Assembly (NCBI GenBank): GCA_900552235.1
Contig: URYZ01000002.1
Location: 1 to 55,842, forward strand
Reading direction: 5' to 3'
DNA: 55,842 bases
Source of the DNA: an uncultured Mycoplasmatota bacterium
Lineage (GTDB): Bacteria; Bacillota_I; Bacilli_A; RF39; UBA660
The notes below the pieces were generated by a model. That model made no database searches. It had not been told where the DNA came from and saw only the letters and a list, made by a program, of their open reading frames with translations. Positions 53,439 through 55,842 of this stretch are shown here, piece after piece (positions within the stretch are counted from its first letter, which is position 1; every line of letters starts with the position of its first letter). The position numbers were made by a program, and so were the translations under genes.

Positions 53439-55232
53439 TTATTTTTCATAAATTTCATATCTATTTGTAGAATTATAATAAAGTTCACTATATTTTACAA
53501 GTTTTTTTATTCCTTCATTTATATTAAAACTATACAATGAATCTTCATTTATAAAATATAAATTATTGTTTACTAATTTTATATTATTAATGTCTTTTAT
53601 ATTAAATAAAACCATTTTGTTATCAAATAATTTATTGTAATATATAAAATTATTATCATCATCTAAATAATAATAGTTATTATCATTTACAAATATTTCC
53701 TTATAGGTAAATGGTACATCTATTTTTTCTAAAGAAAAGATAAGTTTATTTTCTTTAAAATCATATAAAGGTCTTTTACTAAGTTCTTCACCATCATAAT
53801 AGAAAGCTTCCGTTGTACTTATTTTTTCTATTTTATTTTTCTTAGGATTTAATCTATATTGAATTAAATTATCAACATCAAATAAATATAATTTATTATC
53901 AAAAATACCATTGTTATAGTAGTCATTAGTTATTTTTTTATCAAGTTTTAATGTTTTTACTCTATTATTTGTCATATTAATTATATAAAAACTACTAAAG
54001 TTGTATTTTTCATCATAATTAGGTAAAACATAATATTTTCCAACTTTAATTCCTAATGTATTTACATAAGTATCATTTTTAAATATATCTAACATCTGTT
54101 GTTTTTTATTATTAAATGTATAAAAGCCATTATATTTCCATACATATATATATGTATCTTTATTTATATTTTCATAATATGAAATAACATTACCCATATT
54201 CTTTTTTACATCATTATTGATCCAAGAAGAATTAAAATATCCTTTTTCTTGTAAATATGCTGTAAAATCAGTTAACTCATCTTTAAAATAATTATAATGA
54301 TATATATTATTATCTTTAGAACAAATAATGTTATAAAATTTATTATTTTTTAGAATTGGATAAATACATACTAAATCATCTTTTTCATATACTAAAATAT
54401 CTTTTATTACTTTTTTAGCTTTATAAAATTTATTATCATAAGAGAAAGTTATATTTTTATTTTTATAACTTTCAAAAACTGATCCAAAAGTGTTAGAGTA
54501 ATATAATTTAGAATAATCTAAATATAAACATAAGTCTTCTTCACATGTTCCAATATATGCAGTATGAAGTAAATCATTATTTTTATCATATCCTGTATAA
54601 TTCCATGTTTTTGTTTCACTACCTTTAGTATAAGTTATCTTATTACCTCCGATAGCATCTAAGAATCCTTCAGTTTTATTATTATTTATATTTTCTATTT
54701 TAAATGTAGAACTTCCATCTGATAAAATCAAATTATATGAAGCAACTTTTGATGTTTGACCTGTAAGTTTCATAATAAGTAAGTTATTATGCATTAATTT
54801 ATTTTCAGTTTTAAGTATATTATAACTCATTTCAAGAGGACTAATACCATTAAATACTTTTTCATTTACTAAAGCATAACTACTTTCATAAGTATCACTT
54901 TCAATAAGTTTTACATTAACATGTATTTTATAATTATCAGCATTATTTAAATTATTAATCTTTGCACATTTATAAGCTGAAGCATTATATGCTCTTAAAG
55001 GTTTAGGGCAAGTAACACTTTCACTAGGATTAATTACTTCATCCTCATTTACAGAATAATATAAATTAAAATCATTATTATTAATTGCTTTATCTTTATC
55101 AATTATCTCATATTTATATGTAATAAAGTTTTCTGCAGATTCCCAAGCAAACATATAAACTGTTGGTACTTCCTTTAAAACATTAATATTTTCATTAAAT
55201 GTTCTTTTTATGTTTTCTAATTTTATAATCAT
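53439..55232 (-). CDS. large hypothetical protein, Asn/Tyr-rich, possibly beta-propeller-like C-terminal half; no signal peptide
   Basis: This 597-aa ORF has a GAAGGGAG SD. Repetitive (N/D)xxYY / LYxF(N/D) segments in the C-terminal half suggest propeller blades. I did not recognise the family. Confidence 0.6.
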   Translation of the reverse strand: MIIKLENIKRTFNENINVLKEVPTVYMFAWESAENFITYKYEIIDKDKAINNNDFNLYYSVNEDEVINPSESVTCPKPLRAYNASAYKCAKINNLNNADNYKIHVNVKLIESDTYESSYALVNEKVFNGISPLEMSYNILKTENKLMHNNLLIMKLTGQTSKVASYNLILSDGSSTFKIENINNNKTEGFLDAIGGNKITYTKGSETKTWNYTGYDKNNDLLHTAYIGTCEEDLCLYLDYSKLYYSNTFGSVFESYKNKNITFSYDNKFYKAKKVIKDILVYEKDDLVCIYPILKNNKFYNIICSKDNNIYHYNYFKDELTDFTAYLQEKGYFNSSWINNDVKKNMGNVISYYENINKDTYIYVWKYNGFYTFNNKKQQMLDIFKNDTYVNTLGIKVGKYYVLPNYDEKYNFSSFYIINMTNNRVKTLKLDKKITNDYYNNGIFDNKLYLFDVDNLIQYRLNPKKNKIEKISTTEAFYYDGEELSKRPLYDFKENKLIFSLEKIDVPFTYKEIFVNDNNYYYLDDDNNFIYYNKLFDNKMVLFNIKDINNIKLVNNNLYFINEDSLYSFNINEGIKKLVKYSELYYNSTNRYEIYEK

Positions 55233-55260
55233 TTTTTACTCCCTTCAAAAATAAAATTTT

Positions 55261-55294
55261 AAGTATTAAGGTTGAAAAATCAACCTTAATACTT
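55261..55294 (-). terminator. hairpin terminator (perfect 15-bp stem AAGTATTAAGGTTGA / TCAACCTTAATACTT)
   Basis: It lies immediately after the stop of the 55299-55799 gene and is followed by AAAATTTTATTTTT on the minus strand. Confidence 0.6.
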
Positions 55295-55298
55295 ATTC

Positions 55299-55799
55299 TT
55301 AATTACTTTGGTCTGAAATATAAACCATAACTTGTCCTTTTATTTCAAGAACACCATTATTATATAGTTCATATTTATAACTGCCACTAGGCATATCCAT
55401 ATATGTTGTAGATGCACTTACTCCGGCAACCGGATTAATAAAATTAACAGTTTTAATAACAGAATATAATAATCCATTTTTTCGTTTTGCTTTAACCGTT
55501 AAATAACACTTGTCAGTGTCCTTACTAACAAACGAAGGTGTATTTTGAATTTTTTGATAATTAAATCTTGTAGTTCTTGCATCAGTGGTTGCTCCATGAA
55601 GTGATGTTAAATGATAATCAATTGGTATTAAATCGATAGTTAATGCAAAAGCGGTAACTATTGATAAAATTGTAACCACTATAGCAACCAACAATAAACT
55701 AATTTTTTTCATACTTCTCCTTTCTGCAGAAATACTGCTTTTTGAATAATAATCAGAGAAATCGGCAGTTGAGTTTTGAATCTCAAAAGTATTTTTCAT
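55299..55799 (-). CDS. type-II membrane-anchored hypothetical protein
   Basis: There are two in-frame starts with good SDs: 55799 (GAAAGGAGC) and 55712 (AAAGGAGAAG). The TM helix is ISLLLVAIVVTILSIVTAFAL. The local G+C is visibly higher than in the neighbouring genes. Confidence 0.55.
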   Translation of the reverse strand: MKNTFEIQNSTADFSDYYSKSSISAERRSMKKISLLLVAIVVTILSIVTAFALTIDLIPIDYHLTSLHGATTDARTTRFNYQKIQNTPSFVSKDTDKCYLTVKAKRKNGLLYSVIKTVNFINPVAGVSASTTYMDMPSGSYKYELYNNGVLEIKGQVMVYISDQSN

Positions 55800-55842
55800 T
55801 GTTGCTCCTTTCGTTATTTCATGCGAACCTACATACTTCATA

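Noticed and set aside
1-55842. An alternative genetic code (Mollicutes-type TGA=Trp) suggested by the extreme AT richness.
   Set aside because: TGA ends ORFs at the expected places (for example 25065, 29087 and 46562). No conserved protein needs read-through of TGA. Sporulation and cell-wall genes also argue against Mollicutes.
1-55842. tRNA, rRNA, CRISPR arrays, or recognisable defence/toxin-antitoxin modules.
   Set aside because: No GC-rich cloverleaf-sized segments, no regularly spaced direct repeats, and no cas, RM, Abi or TA signatures were seen in either strand's ORFs or in the intergenic gaps.

Overview
The window is very AT-rich (roughly 25% G+C by eye) and comes from a low-GC, endospore-forming Firmicute. 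Gene content and synteny look Bacilli/Erysipelotrichia-like: yqeG-yqeH, ylbD-ylbE, polA-mutM, lepA-hemW, a gerA-type operon and a SpoIIID-like gene. The genetic code is standard, since TAA, TAG and TGA all end well-supported ORFs. About 85% of genes lie on the minus strand. The housekeeping backbone is asnS and pheST (each behind a T-box leader whose specifier I could read), mutM, polA, rarA, an LTA-synthase-like gene, tcdA, hemW, lepA, a queuosine-salvage pair, murF-murE, efp, rpmG (missed by the ORF track), yqeG-yqeH, parC, truB, a DUF368 gene, engB, nrnA and ackA. No tRNA, rRNA, CRISPR array or intact mobile element was seen. Five accessory elements sit among these genes. (1) A secreted paralog family has three copies (11482-12528, 29087-30535, 37615-39063) that share a core of about 85% nucleotide identity but carry different N-terminal modules. 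One copy has an in-frame TAG. One copy is driven by a near-consensus promoter with a G7 run inside its -35/-10 spacer. A second copy of that promoter cassette sits at the left edge of the window. I consider this candidate phase-variation switch the most interesting signal. (2) A signal-peptide-less structural module (743-4264) encodes a BclA-like collagen/C1q protein, a frameshifted beta-helix protein and two small beta-sandwich proteins. Both of its transcription units share a 14-nt sigma-K-like motif, and an IS30 remnant and an XRE regulator flank it. (3) A sortase sits next to a thioester-domain (TQxA) adhesin with four SpaA-like repeats and a non-canonical MPNTS sorting signal, and two unknown genes lie upstream. 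(4) A leaderless LRR protein is followed by a tandemly duplicated 5' module. (5) A SpoIIID-like two-HTH gene is translationally wedged between lepA and hemW. All functional calls rest on motifs recognised by eye; no database search was run.
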